From: Lysobacterales bacterium
GTDB lineage: Bacteria > Pseudomonadota > Gammaproteobacteria > Xanthomonadales > SZUA-38
Reading direction: 5' to 3'
Length of the DNA stretch: 64,000 bases
Assembly: GCA_028285525.1 (NCBI GenBank)
Contig: JANQOZ010000015.1
Span: 51,590 to 115,589, forward strand
The translations under genes and the position numbers were made by a program. The notes beneath the pieces are model-generated. The model had not been told where the DNA came from. It ran no database searches and worked only from the letters and a program-made list of their open reading frames with translations. Shown piece after piece: positions 1-8,116 of this stretch (positions within the stretch are counted from its first letter, which is position 1; each line of letters starts with the position of its first letter).

Positions 1-541
1 TCAGTTTTCTGAAGTTGCGTTTATCGGCCGGGCTGCCTGTAATGGCCTCGTAGATCTGCTGGACCGCGCTGAGGGTGAATTGCTCGTCGAGCAGTTGGAA
101 GGCAATGGTTGAATATCCCAGTTTGGCGCGGAGGCGTTTGACGGCGGAAGCAACAATTTCGGCGTGGTCGAAGGCTAGTTCCGGCAGATCGCCGACCGGA
201 AACCATGCTGCTGCATCCGCATCTGAATCGGCCTGGATAACCAAATCGCCTGATGGAATTAACGCGTAGTAGGCGACTGTGATGACACGGCCTCTAGGGT
301 CTCGCTCTGGAGCGCCAAAAGTCTGCAGCTGCTCAAGATAAAACCCGGCTACGCCGGTTTCCTCCTCCAGCTCTCGCCGAGCGCAGTCGGCGAGGTCCTC
401 ATCTTGTCTCACGAAGCCGCCCGGCAGCGCCCACACGCCCTTGAACGGCTTCGCCGCTCGACGGACCAAAAGGACTTTCATCGAGTCGGTCTGCACGGTA
501 AACAGCACAATGTCGGTGGATACTTGGGCGTTTGCAGTCAT
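1..541 (-). CDS. nrtR: NrtR-family Nudix hydrolase / ADP-ribose-responsive transcriptional regulator (partial; C-terminus runs off the left edge)
   Basis: Absent from the ORF track because no stop lies inside the window. My minus-strand translation from ATG 541-539 reads MTANAQVSTDIVLFTVQTDSMKVLLVRRAAKPFKGVWALPGGFVRQDEDLADCARRELEEETGV... It has a canonical Nudix box GX5EX7REUXEEXGU (GFVRQDEDLADCARRELEEETGV). The tail ...LAFDHAEIVASAVKRLRAKLGYSTIAFQLLDEQFTLSAVQQIYEAITGSPADKRNFRKL matches the NrtR winged-helix domain. The frame stays open to position 2. Confidence 0.8.
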   Translation of the reverse strand, partial: MTANAQVSTDIVLFTVQTDSMKVLLVRRAAKPFKGVWALPGGFVRQDEDLADCARRELEEETGVAGFYLEQLQTFGAPERDPRGRVITVAYYALIPSGDLVIQADSDADAAAWFPVGDLPELAFDHAEIVASAVKRLRAKLGYSTIAFQLLDEQFTLSAVQQIYEAITGSPADKRNFRKL

Positions 542-550
542 TGGAACAAA

Positions 551-569
551 TAGTGTAAAAATAACACTA
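551..569. promoter_or_regulatory. Candidate NrtR operator 1 (19-bp perfect palindrome TAGTGTAAAAATAACACTA)
   Basis: The arms TAGTGT/ACACTA are exact reverse complements with a GT-N7-AC core. It lies 10 bp upstream of the nrtR start codon. Confidence 0.6.
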
Positions 570-576
570 TCTATCT

Positions 577-595
577 TAGTGTCTTAAAGACACTA
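577..595. promoter_or_regulatory. Candidate NrtR operator 2 (19-bp perfect palindrome TAGTGTCTTAAAGACACTA)
   Basis: The arms TAGTGTC/GACACTA are exact reverse complements, with the same TAGTGT...ACACTA ends and GT-N7-AC core as operator 1. The two centres are 26 bp apart. Confidence 0.6.
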
Positions 596-808
596 TGTCA
601 ATTCAGCTGGAAGTGCAGGTGCGAGCAGACATAAAAATCAATCCTTCGCGCAATTTTCCGAAACCATCTCGAAATACAGCGCTGCTGGTAAGCCCGCTGA
701 GCGGGCGAACAATCCCATTTGCGCAGGACAATTGCGACCGGCAGTAAAGCCCGCTAGTGTGCAAAGAGCAACCGGCCGCCGCATCGTCGGCCCGCAGCTG
801 AAGGCGTC

Positions 809-3067
809 TTGTTTATGTTTCGCCTGCTCGACCTGAATTCGCCACGCAACGCCTACATGCTGGGACTTGCCCTGATTGCAGTGCTGGTCACGCTGCAGTT
901 TGTTGGCATGCACGTGGTCACGAAACGTCAGGAAGTCTCTGCGATTGAAATCAACCTGTCGGGCCGCCAGCGGATGCTGTCTCAGCGCATCGCATGGACA
1001 ATGAACCGGCTGGCAGCCAATCCCGCATCTCCCGCCGAAGAAGCACGATTGCGCTCGCTGTTGGGCGTCTGTACCGATCTGATGGAAAGATCGCACCTCG
1101 CGCTTACCGGCAAGGTGCTAGCCGAATTGCGCGCCGTGCTGGACGCTGGCAGGCCGTGCCTGATGCTCGACGCCACTTCGCCTTTGCGTCTGCCGCTGGA
1201 TCGGGTCGATCTGCAGCAACCCGCCATCCTGGCAGACTTCACCCGGCAGGCATGGAAAGTTGCAGACGGGGAGGTATCACGTGAGGAGCTTGCGGAGCTG
1301 CCGGTTCCGTTGGAAGGGCCGCTGATCGAACTGCTGGATCAGCTGGATCGGGCGACGTTGGCGGCACAGGAGGCGTCAATCGCGCAGCTCAAGAAGCTCC
1401 TGTCACTCAACTGGGCCTTGATCCTCATCCTTGTCGTTGGTGAGGTGCTGCTCATCTTCAGGCCGATGGCGAGCGCCGTGGAACGCACTTTGAGTCGGCT
1501 GCGCGACGCCAACAAGCGCCTCAGGCTCAGTGAGACACGCTTGCAGGACTTTGCCAGTACCGCAGCCCACCAGTTCTGGGAAACTGACGATGAGCACCGT
1601 TTTGTTTCGATTGGCGCGTCCGACCCGAATGCCCGTCTGCACAGCGTGTCCTCCAGCCTCAAGCGACGGTTTTGGGAACTCGATGGTGTGCTGACGGACG
1701 AGCCGGGGGTGGATTGGGATGCGCACCGCGCAACGCTTGATGCCCGTCTGCCGTTCAACGGATTTGAGTATGCGGTTGAGGGGGCTGACGGCCACAAGGC
1801 ATGGTGGCGTGTCCACGGGCGGCCGGTTTACGCGGAGGACGGGCGCTTTCATGGGTACCGCGGCACCTCGCTTGAGATCACCAGTGAACGTGAGGCCGAA
1901 GAAAAAATGCGAACTTCCCAGCGCATGCAGGCTATCGGCCAGCTCACCGCTGGGGTCGCCCACGACTTCAACAATATCCTCGCCGTGATCCAGGGCAACG
2001 CAGACCTGATCCCCGGGGAGACTAGCAAAGCGGATCGGGAGGGGTTTGTTCGCGCCATTTCCGATGCAGCTTCCCGCGGCGCCTCTCTGACCCACCGCCT
2101 GCTTGCCTACGGACGCGTGCAGCGTTTGCATGCTGAGCCCGTTGATCTTGCTGACTTTATTGGCGAGCTGCAGACGCTGCTCGCGCGCACCCTGGGTGAA
2201 AACTTCACGGTGCAGGCAACGCTGCCGTCTGAGCAGCTGCACGTCTACGTCGATAGACATCAGCTCGAAGATGCCTGCCTCAACATTGCGCTCAATGCGC
2301 GCGATGCGGCAAGCGAAAGCGGCAAGCTCGAGCTAAGCGCCACCGTCGCCGATCGAGCCAAGGTTGCAGCGATGGCAAACACCGATGTCGAGCTGAGGGA
2401 CTACGTATGTATCTCCTTCTGCGACAACGGAAGTGGGATGCCGCAGAGCGTGCAGGACAGAATCTTCGACCCTTTTTTCACTACCAAGACTGTCGGTCGA
2501 GGAACGGGTCTCGGGCTGAGCATGGTGTATGGATTTGTGCTGCAGTCCAACGGCTTTGTCGATGTCTGCAGCGCTCCCGGTGACGGCACCACGGTCAGTC
2601 TCTACCTGCCACAAACGACCCGTAAAAGCAGCGCCCGGCCAGCGGCCGCACTCAGTGAACTGGATTTTGCCGAAAACAGATCCGCTCTTCTGGTTGAAGA
2701 TAACGACGCTCTGCGAACCGTCATGCGCCGCCATCTTGAAACGCTGGGTTTTACGGTTGTTGAGGCCGGCGACGGCGGCTCGGCCCTGGAGCGGCTGGAA
2801 CATGAAGAACATTTCGATGTCCTGCTACTCGATATCGTATTGCCGGGAGGCATTGACGGTATCGAGATCTTTCGCCGAGCAAGGCTTAAGGACCCAGACG
2901 TCAAAGTACTGTTCTGCTCCGGCTTCACGGGAATGAACGATCAGAATCAATCGCCGGAAAACGTGCCTGGCCCGGTCCTGCGCAAACCGTTCAACGTTGA
3001 TCAGCTCGTCAGCGCGCTGGCCGAGGTCTTAACTGAGGCTGCGGCGTTCCAATCTACCGGCTCCTAG
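809..3067 (+). CDS. Hybrid sensor histidine kinase / response regulator with PilJ/NarX-type N-terminal sensor and PAS domain
   Basis: 752-aa ORF. It has an N-terminal TM helix then LSGRQRMLSQRIA (PilJ-type sensor motif), a second TM, and a PAS-like region. H-box AGVAHDFNNILAVIQG; ATPase G-box GRGTGLGLSMVYGFV. The C-terminal receiver reads ALLVEDNDALR...DVLLLDIVLPGG...LRKPF. Confidence 0.9.
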   Translation: MFMFRLLDLNSPRNAYMLGLALIAVLVTLQFVGMHVVTKRQEVSAIEINLSGRQRMLSQRIAWTMNRLAANPASPAEEARLRSLLGVCTDLMERSHLALTGKVLAELRAVLDAGRPCLMLDATSPLRLPLDRVDLQQPAILADFTRQAWKVADGEVSREELAELPVPLEGPLIELLDQLDRATLAAQEASIAQLKKLLSLNWALILILVVGEVLLIFRPMASAVERTLSRLRDANKRLRLSETRLQDFASTAAHQFWETDDEHRFVSIGASDPNARLHSVSSSLKRRFWELDGVLTDEPGVDWDAHRATLDARLPFNGFEYAVEGADGHKAWWRVHGRPVYAEDGRFHGYRGTSLEITSEREAEEKMRTSQRMQAIGQLTAGVAHDFNNILAVIQGNADLIPGETSKADREGFVRAISDAASRGASLTHRLLAYGRVQRLHAEPVDLADFIGELQTLLARTLGENFTVQATLPSEQLHVYVDRHQLEDACLNIALNARDAASESGKLELSATVADRAKVAAMANTDVELRDYVCISFCDNGSGMPQSVQDRIFDPFFTTKTVGRGTGLGLSMVYGFVLQSNGFVDVCSAPGDGTTVSLYLPQTTRKSSARPAAALSELDFAENRSALLVEDNDALRTVMRRHLETLGFTVVEAGDGGSALERLEHEEHFDVLLLDIVLPGGIDGIEIFRRARLKDPDVKVLFCSGFTGMNDQNQSPENVPGPVLRKPFNVDQLVSALAEVLTEAAAFQSTGS

Positions 3068-3293
3068 TGAAGGTTTGCCGCTCATTGTTGGATACACTTT
3101 GGGGTCAGGGGTGAGGCGGCGGAGCCGCGGAACCATCCTCTCAAGCGCGCCACGATCCGATTCGCCACTTGCAAACGTTGCCACGACCTTATGCAAGCGA
3201 GCTCGCTTGGTCCGGGCCCAGCTCGCAAACGACAGACGAATAAAACCGGTGTGGTGCTTCAAGACCTGAACCCGAGTTATCTTCGGTTAGGCC

Positions 3294-5315
3294 CTACTCA
3301 AATCCATCGGCGAAAAGCAGGTCTCCTCCTACATCGAAGCCGACGCTTACCAGGTTGGCGTCATTGGCAAAGCCTCCGAGCGCGCCAATCGCGTCTGTGA
3401 TATCCACCTGCGGACCGGCGTTTCGAAATCGCCCATCCCACATGCGCAACGTCAGCTGCGCCGGTGTGCCGGTGAACTCTGGCTCCGGCACAAAGCGCAG
3501 TCGCGCTGATGGCGTTAGAACCAGGGCGCTTGCGTCGCTAACCTGCGGCACGTCCACAAATGCCCCGCCTTCGGAAAACTGCCAGCGCCCCTCGCCCGGG
3601 CTCTCCGGGTTAGCAACGACGGCGGCGCCGGCCAATGCATCCTGGTCTTCGTAGGTGTTCGCCAGTATGTCGGCAAGCGTGGGCAGGTCAGCTGGAGCGA
3701 GAGAAACCGAGCCAGCGCCGACACGATTTGTCCGAGCGCGGGGCGCTGCGTTGCCGAACACGATGTACGCTTCACCAGCGGTTTGTTGCGTATCGCTTCT
3801 GGCGTTTTGGGCGCCAACCAACAGGTCGTCGACTCCATCCTGGTTAATGTCGCCGGCGGCGCTAACCGAATTTCCCGCCCGATCAGAAGTATCGATCCCG
3901 GCCAGCACCAGGCCATCCCGGCCACTCAGTGCCGCCAATTCCAAACGCGCGGGAAAGCTGCCCGGGCGACCAAGCACCACAAATGCGCGCCCCGTTGCGG
4001 GGTCTGTTGCCGAATCGGCATCAGCACCGATTATCAAGTCGCTGAACCCGTCGCCGTTCACATCGCCCGCCAGGTCGACGTCGCCTCCGACACTGTCGCC
4101 AAGAGCCCCAACCAGCTGGAACCCGTTGCTGCCGTCCAGCGTGTCGAGCCGAAGCGACTCGGCCAACGGTTCTCGAGAGCCGAATACCACAAAGCTCACG
4201 CCGGCTACTGGCTGTTCGGCGCCTTTTGCTGCTGCGGGTGCTTCGGAGAAGGGTGAGCCGATCAGAATGTCGTGCAGCCCGTCGGCGTTTACGTCGCCGG
4301 CGTCGCTGACGGCCAATCCGGTTTCAAAAGCACTGCCCGTCAGCGTGATTCCGTTGGTCCCGTCAATGCTGTCCAGATCGAACGTGGCAGGAAACATAGT
4401 GTCGCTGGTGCCGAATACCAGATACACCTTGCCGCCACTTTCAACCCCGTTAGCTGTGGCCGACGGGTCTGAGATGATCAGATCGTCAATACCGTCACCG
4501 TTAAAGTCTCCTGCGCTTCCCAAATCCAGTCCGAGAAATCCCTCGGCGCTGACGTTTGGAATGATGAAGCCGTCTGCACCATCCAGGGCGGTCAGATCGA
4601 TGGTTGGAGGGAAGCCTTGGCTGGAGCCAAACAGAACGAAGACCTGTCCACCACCGGGTGCCGAAGGCGCGGCGATGGCGATATCGTCAAAGCCGTCGTT
4701 GTTGAGATCTCCAACGCCGTTGGCACCTCGCCCCAGGCGAGCAGAATCTGTGACTGGTCCGGACAGCACGAAGCCGTTTGAACCATCCAGCGTCGAGAGG
4801 TCGAAGGCCGCACCGAAGTTTTCGCTGGAACCGAATATCACGTACGCCTCGCCGTTCGATGCTGCGCCGCGGTCAGCGTTCTGCGCTCCAATGACCAGGT
4901 CGGGAAGGCCGTCACCGTTTATGTCCCCTGAGCCGTTCACCCGTCGCCCTAAGAATTCACCATTATTCAGACCTCTCACCGCAAACCCGTTGCTGCCGTC
5001 GAGGAGGGCTGTGTTAGTTGGAAGCGTTCCGCCGGGGGCGGCCCCAAAGATCACGAAGACCGCTCCCGGAGCGTTGAAATCTCCGTCGTCAGAGCCAATC
5101 GCGATATCATCGATCCCATCGCCGTTGAAATCACCGATATCCGTTAGGGCGATACCAAAATTGCTGAATCGAATATCTCGACCCACAACGGTAACGCCGG
5201 TGTCGTTGGACAGGTCTGCCAGCTGGAACAAGCCCTGCGCGAACCCAGGCTTGGGCCCTGCCAGCACAGTCGCAACGACCAGTAGAGGCATGATGGTGCG
5301 TAATGCGAAGGTCAT
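3294..5315 (-). CDS. Secreted FG-GAP repeat protein (seven-bladed integrin-alpha-like propeller) with extra C-terminal domain
   Basis: Signal peptide MTFALRTIMPLLVVATVLAGPKPGFAQ. Seven Ca-binding FG-GAP loops: GDFNGDGIDDIAIG, GDINGDGLPDLVIG, GDLNNDGFDDIAIA, GDFNGDGIDDLIIS, GDVNADGLHDILIG, GDVNGDGFSDLIIG, GDINQDGVDDLLVG. A roughly 150-aa C-terminal domain ends in LLFADGFE. Confidence 0.9.
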   Translation of the reverse strand: MTFALRTIMPLLVVATVLAGPKPGFAQGLFQLADLSNDTGVTVVGRDIRFSNFGIALTDIGDFNGDGIDDIAIGSDDGDFNAPGAVFVIFGAAPGGTLPTNTALLDGSNGFAVRGLNNGEFLGRRVNGSGDINGDGLPDLVIGAQNADRGAASNGEAYVIFGSSENFGAAFDLSTLDGSNGFVLSGPVTDSARLGRGANGVGDLNNDGFDDIAIAAPSAPGGGQVFVLFGSSQGFPPTIDLTALDGADGFIIPNVSAEGFLGLDLGSAGDFNGDGIDDLIISDPSATANGVESGGKVYLVFGTSDTMFPATFDLDSIDGTNGITLTGSAFETGLAVSDAGDVNADGLHDILIGSPFSEAPAAAKGAEQPVAGVSFVVFGSREPLAESLRLDTLDGSNGFQLVGALGDSVGGDVDLAGDVNGDGFSDLIIGADADSATDPATGRAFVVLGRPGSFPARLELAALSGRDGLVLAGIDTSDRAGNSVSAAGDINQDGVDDLLVGAQNARSDTQQTAGEAYIVFGNAAPRARTNRVGAGSVSLAPADLPTLADILANTYEDQDALAGAAVVANPESPGEGRWQFSEGGAFVDVPQVSDASALVLTPSARLRFVPEPEFTGTPAQLTLRMWDGRFRNAGPQVDITDAIGALGGFANDANLVSVGFDVGGDLLFADGFE

Positions 5316-5512
5316 GATTTTTCACCCTTATAGCGGATGCCCCAGGCTAAGCTACGAACGTGTGAGTCAGCGTTGAATTTCCCGTGGGAACGGCAAGACT
5401 TTTCGCGTATACCGCGCGAACAACGGAGTCGGTTTTGGCTACGAAGCCTTGTTGGCCTTGAGCTCATAATCGACAAGCCTGAAATTCGCATCTGGTTTTG
5501 ATCGATTGGTAG

Positions 5513-6268
5513 ATGGCAGTAGCTGGACGTAAAGAAGTTGAATGTTGCGGGAGAACAGGAAAAGACGCTGTGCTCTTCGATTTGGGCAATACGCTCGTGT
5601 CCTACTATGAACCCGCCAATTTCCTCCCCGTGCTTGACGACTGTATTCGTTCGATCAGTCACGTTTTGCATGGCAATGGAGCTGCGGCGGGTCAGAATGC
5701 TCTGCTTGAAAAAGCAAAGCCGCTGAACCGCGAGCGTGATGACCTTCGGGTTTGGCCTTTGCATGAACGCCTGGCACTGATAGTCGAAGACGAGGAGACC
5801 AGTCGCGACGACTCGTTCATGCGTCAAATGGTCGAGGCGTTTCTTGCTCCTATATTCGAGCTTGGGTCTATCGACCCGCAGGCTTTGGATGTTCTCAGCC
5901 GGTTGCAGGAGCTGGGCTACAAGACCGCGATTGTTTCAAACACTCCCTGGGGGAGCCCAGCAGACCTCTGGCATCAAGAGCTTGACCGCCATGGGCTGCT
6001 GGATGTGGTCGACGCGGTAGTATTCTGTGTTGACGTCGGATGGCGAAAGCCGCATCGGGCGCCCTTCGAAGAGGCGCTGTCGAGTCTCGGGGTCCCGGCA
6101 AGTCGGGCGGTTTTTGTGGGCGACGATCCTGTGTGGGATGTTCAAGGCGCGAAAGGTGTCGGAATCGAGCCTGTGCTGATTCATCGTGCGCAGAAAACTT
6201 CAGACGATGTGCCGTCCATCGCCAAACTGTTGGACCTTCTTGGTCTGTTAAATTCTCCCGGCAATTAG
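5513..6268 (+). CDS. HAD-superfamily hydrolase (subfamily IA-like, variant motif I)
   Basis: Motif I is AVLFDLGNTLV (D-x-G-x-T rather than DxDxT). Motif II is IVSNTPWG. Motif IV region is VFVGDDPVWDVQGAKGVG. Confidence 0.75.
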   Translation: MAVAGRKEVECCGRTGKDAVLFDLGNTLVSYYEPANFLPVLDDCIRSISHVLHGNGAAAGQNALLEKAKPLNRERDDLRVWPLHERLALIVEDEETSRDDSFMRQMVEAFLAPIFELGSIDPQALDVLSRLQELGYKTAIVSNTPWGSPADLWHQELDRHGLLDVVDAVVFCVDVGWRKPHRAPFEEALSSLGVPASRAVFVGDDPVWDVQGAKGVGIEPVLIHRAQKTSDDVPSIAKLLDLLGLLNSPGN

Positions 6269-6350
6269 CCGGCGTCCGCGCGCCGGCGAACACTGCTGAC
6301 GCCAAATATTCTTACCGCAGCGCAAGGTTAGTTCGCTTGATCAGCCTCCT

Positions 6351-6926
6351 TCAGTCCGAATCCGCGTCATCAAGTGGTCTTGTCAAACTATTTTTCTGGT
6401 CGTTACGAACTAGCATCGGCAAGTTTCGCAACCAAAACTGGCCGTTGTGCTTATCGCGGTGGAGAATAAAGGTACCTCGAGAGCCTGGGACAACTGCGTG
6501 TCTCAAGGACGTAACGGCAAAGCTGGTGCCAACCCTTCCACCGAATCGGAATATTTGAACCGTGTTACCCGTGATTTGACCCTTGAGTAGTTCCTCCAGA
6601 GTAGCTGAGCAAACTGTGTAGATGCTGGTTCTTGCGAAAGGGCCGTTGCTTGTATCGTGGGTTAGGGTCATCCAGGAGGAGCTGCAGTCAGTGACTTCGC
6701 CCTCGAAAGCATAAGCTGCCTCTTCTATAGCTTTCTCGGTCGGATTGAGGTCTGCCATAGACTCGATTTCGTTTGATTGGGCAGCGGTGTTCGCCAGAGC
6801 AAAGACAGGCGCTAGAAGAATTGTGTGCTGAACGATTCGAGCTCTGGTGATTGAACCGCCGTACGGCTCGCGGCCTCCCCGGTCCAATCTGTATATGTTG
6901 GTTCTCTTTGCCCTATGAGCACTCAT
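6351..6926 (-). CDS. Hypothetical secreted protein (orphan operon gene C)
   Basis: 191-aa ORF. Its ATG overlaps the stop of the upstream gene as ATGA (6923-6926). A hydrophobic signal-like stretch HTILLAPVFALANTAAQ is present. I recognised no family motif. The region is lower in GC. Confidence 0.5.
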   Translation of the reverse strand: MSAHRAKRTNIYRLDRGGREPYGGSITRARIVQHTILLAPVFALANTAAQSNEIESMADLNPTEKAIEEAAYAFEGEVTDCSSSWMTLTHDTSNGPFARTSIYTVCSATLEELLKGQITGNTVQIFRFGGRVGTSFAVTSLRHAVVPGSRGTFILHRDKHNGQFWLRNLPMLVRNDQKNSLTRPLDDADSD

Positions 6927-8116
6927 TGGTCCAAATACATTATGACCTGCTTACCCGTTGTGCTCCGCAGTGCAGCATCCTGATTTCGTTTGACCGCGTT
7001 TACGCAGTGCCGACTATATCCGCTGTTGAGTTCCCGCTTTCCATCCCGGAGCTCGCATAGGGCATCTATTGTCCAAGGGTGCAGTTCTTCAATAAAACTA
7101 AGAGCAAGTGCGGCATTTTCTCTTTCGTCCAAATCTGATGCTGTCAGTTGTGTTTCCAACAATCCAATCAGGTGCTGTGCGGCGTCTCCAGATAGTCTTT
7201 CAGTCGAGCGGCTGGCAACGTCTTGCACCCACTCACTCGGATCAGACATTCCCCGTTTGATCCAATTGGCCAGCTCATGACCTTCACCTAATTCGCCAAG
7301 CACGCCCATCCAATCGCCCCTCACATCGACAGACTCAGAAGTGGATATTTCTGGGTCCAAGTCCCTAACAAGCGGAAGTGCGGTTTCCCCCGAAAGCAAA
7401 AGGACATGAATCAATTGATCGAAAGATGGTCCTGGTGAAATGTCCCACTTTCGTGCGCTGCCCCATTCGACCAAAGTCTTCTGCAGGCCGTGATCAGCAA
7501 GAATGCTGGCTGCCCGATTCGCGACCGTTCCGGGTTGCTCCATGGCGCGCCATAGAAACTCGTGCGTTACTAGCTCAGGCGGTGCCGTATAGCTCACCTC
7601 GGGTTCACCAAGCACGATGCGCTGCTTCAGGGCGTGGGAGAAGCGCTCTGATCCTGAGCAGGAACCATGGCTCCAAAGCCCCTCAGGCCGGAAACGAGCG
7701 AAAATTAGATAAACTTCGTCGACAGCCGCCGTCCCGCGTCGACCGCGCAAAAAACCGGCGTAGCCCGGGTCACCTTTCCAGCTGTGAAGGGTTTCGAACT
7801 CGTAGACTAGGATGTCGCTGCTGGTCGTGATCGACTCTCCAGCCCGAGGGTCACTCAACCCGGTAATATGTGCGGAGAACACCACATCGGCCTTGTCGAA
7901 TTTCTCCTCGACTGGTCGAGCTATACATAAACTGAAACAAGGCCATGGAATGGTAATCAGCGATAGCAGCAGTCCAGTCATGAGGCTTGGTGGCGTCAAG
8001 CATGCTCCTCGTCTTAGTGTAGATTTTCCTGTCACTCTGCCTCCCGTACAATGCGACACAGATGACTTCGAAAGAGGGTGATCAGGACACTCATTATTCT
8101 GTCGATGTCCGTTCAC
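6923..8116 (-). CDS. Hypothetical secreted protein, N-terminal beta-rich (possibly NTR/TIMP-like OB) domain plus C-terminal helical-repeat domain (orphan operon gene B)
   Basis: 397-aa ORF from GTG 8116. The more plausible start is ATG 7981 (MTGLLLSLITIPWPCFSLCIA, signal-like). Downstream come RPVEEKFDKADVVFSAHITG...YEFETLHSWKGD...VYLIFARF...SCSGSERF, then a helical region. Confidence 0.55.
   Translation of the reverse strand: MNGHRQNNECPDHPLSKSSVSHCTGGRVTGKSTLRRGACLTPPSLMTGLLLSLITIPWPCFSLCIARPVEEKFDKADVVFSAHITGLSDPRAGESITTSSDILVYEFETLHSWKGDPGYAGFLRGRRGTAAVDEVYLIFARFRPEGLWSHGSCSGSERFSHALKQRIVLGEPEVSYTAPPELVTHEFLWRAMEQPGTVANRAASILADHGLQKTLVEWGSARKWDISPGPSFDQLIHVLLLSGETALPLVRDLDPEISTSESVDVRGDWMGVLGELGEGHELANWIKRGMSDPSEWVQDVASRSTERLSGDAAQHLIGLLETQLTASDLDERENAALALSFIEELHPWTIDALCELRDGKRELNSGYSRHCVNAVKRNQDAALRSTTGKQVIMYLDQ

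Noticed and set aside
3194-3209. Perfect 16-bp palindrome CAAGCGAGCTCGCTTG between the convergent kinase and FG-GAP genes. Considered as a bidirectional terminator or operator.
   Set aside because: As a hairpin it gives only a 6-bp stem with an AGCT loop and no flanking U-tract on either strand. It occurs once only. Not enough for a call.
3655-5376. 573-aa plus-strand ORF, fully antisense to the FG-GAP gene.
   Set aside because: Its translation is low-complexity S/P/A/R-rich with no motifs. The minus-strand frame encodes seven clean FG-GAP repeats with a signal peptide. This is a typical stop-free antisense frame in GC-rich, repeat-biased codon usage.
6268-6287. GC-rich dyad GCCGGCG-TCCGCG-CGCCGGC right after the first HAD gene. 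Considered as a terminator.
   Set aside because: It has no T-tract, it overlaps the stop codon, and a 7-bp pure-GC dyad is expected by chance in this composition.
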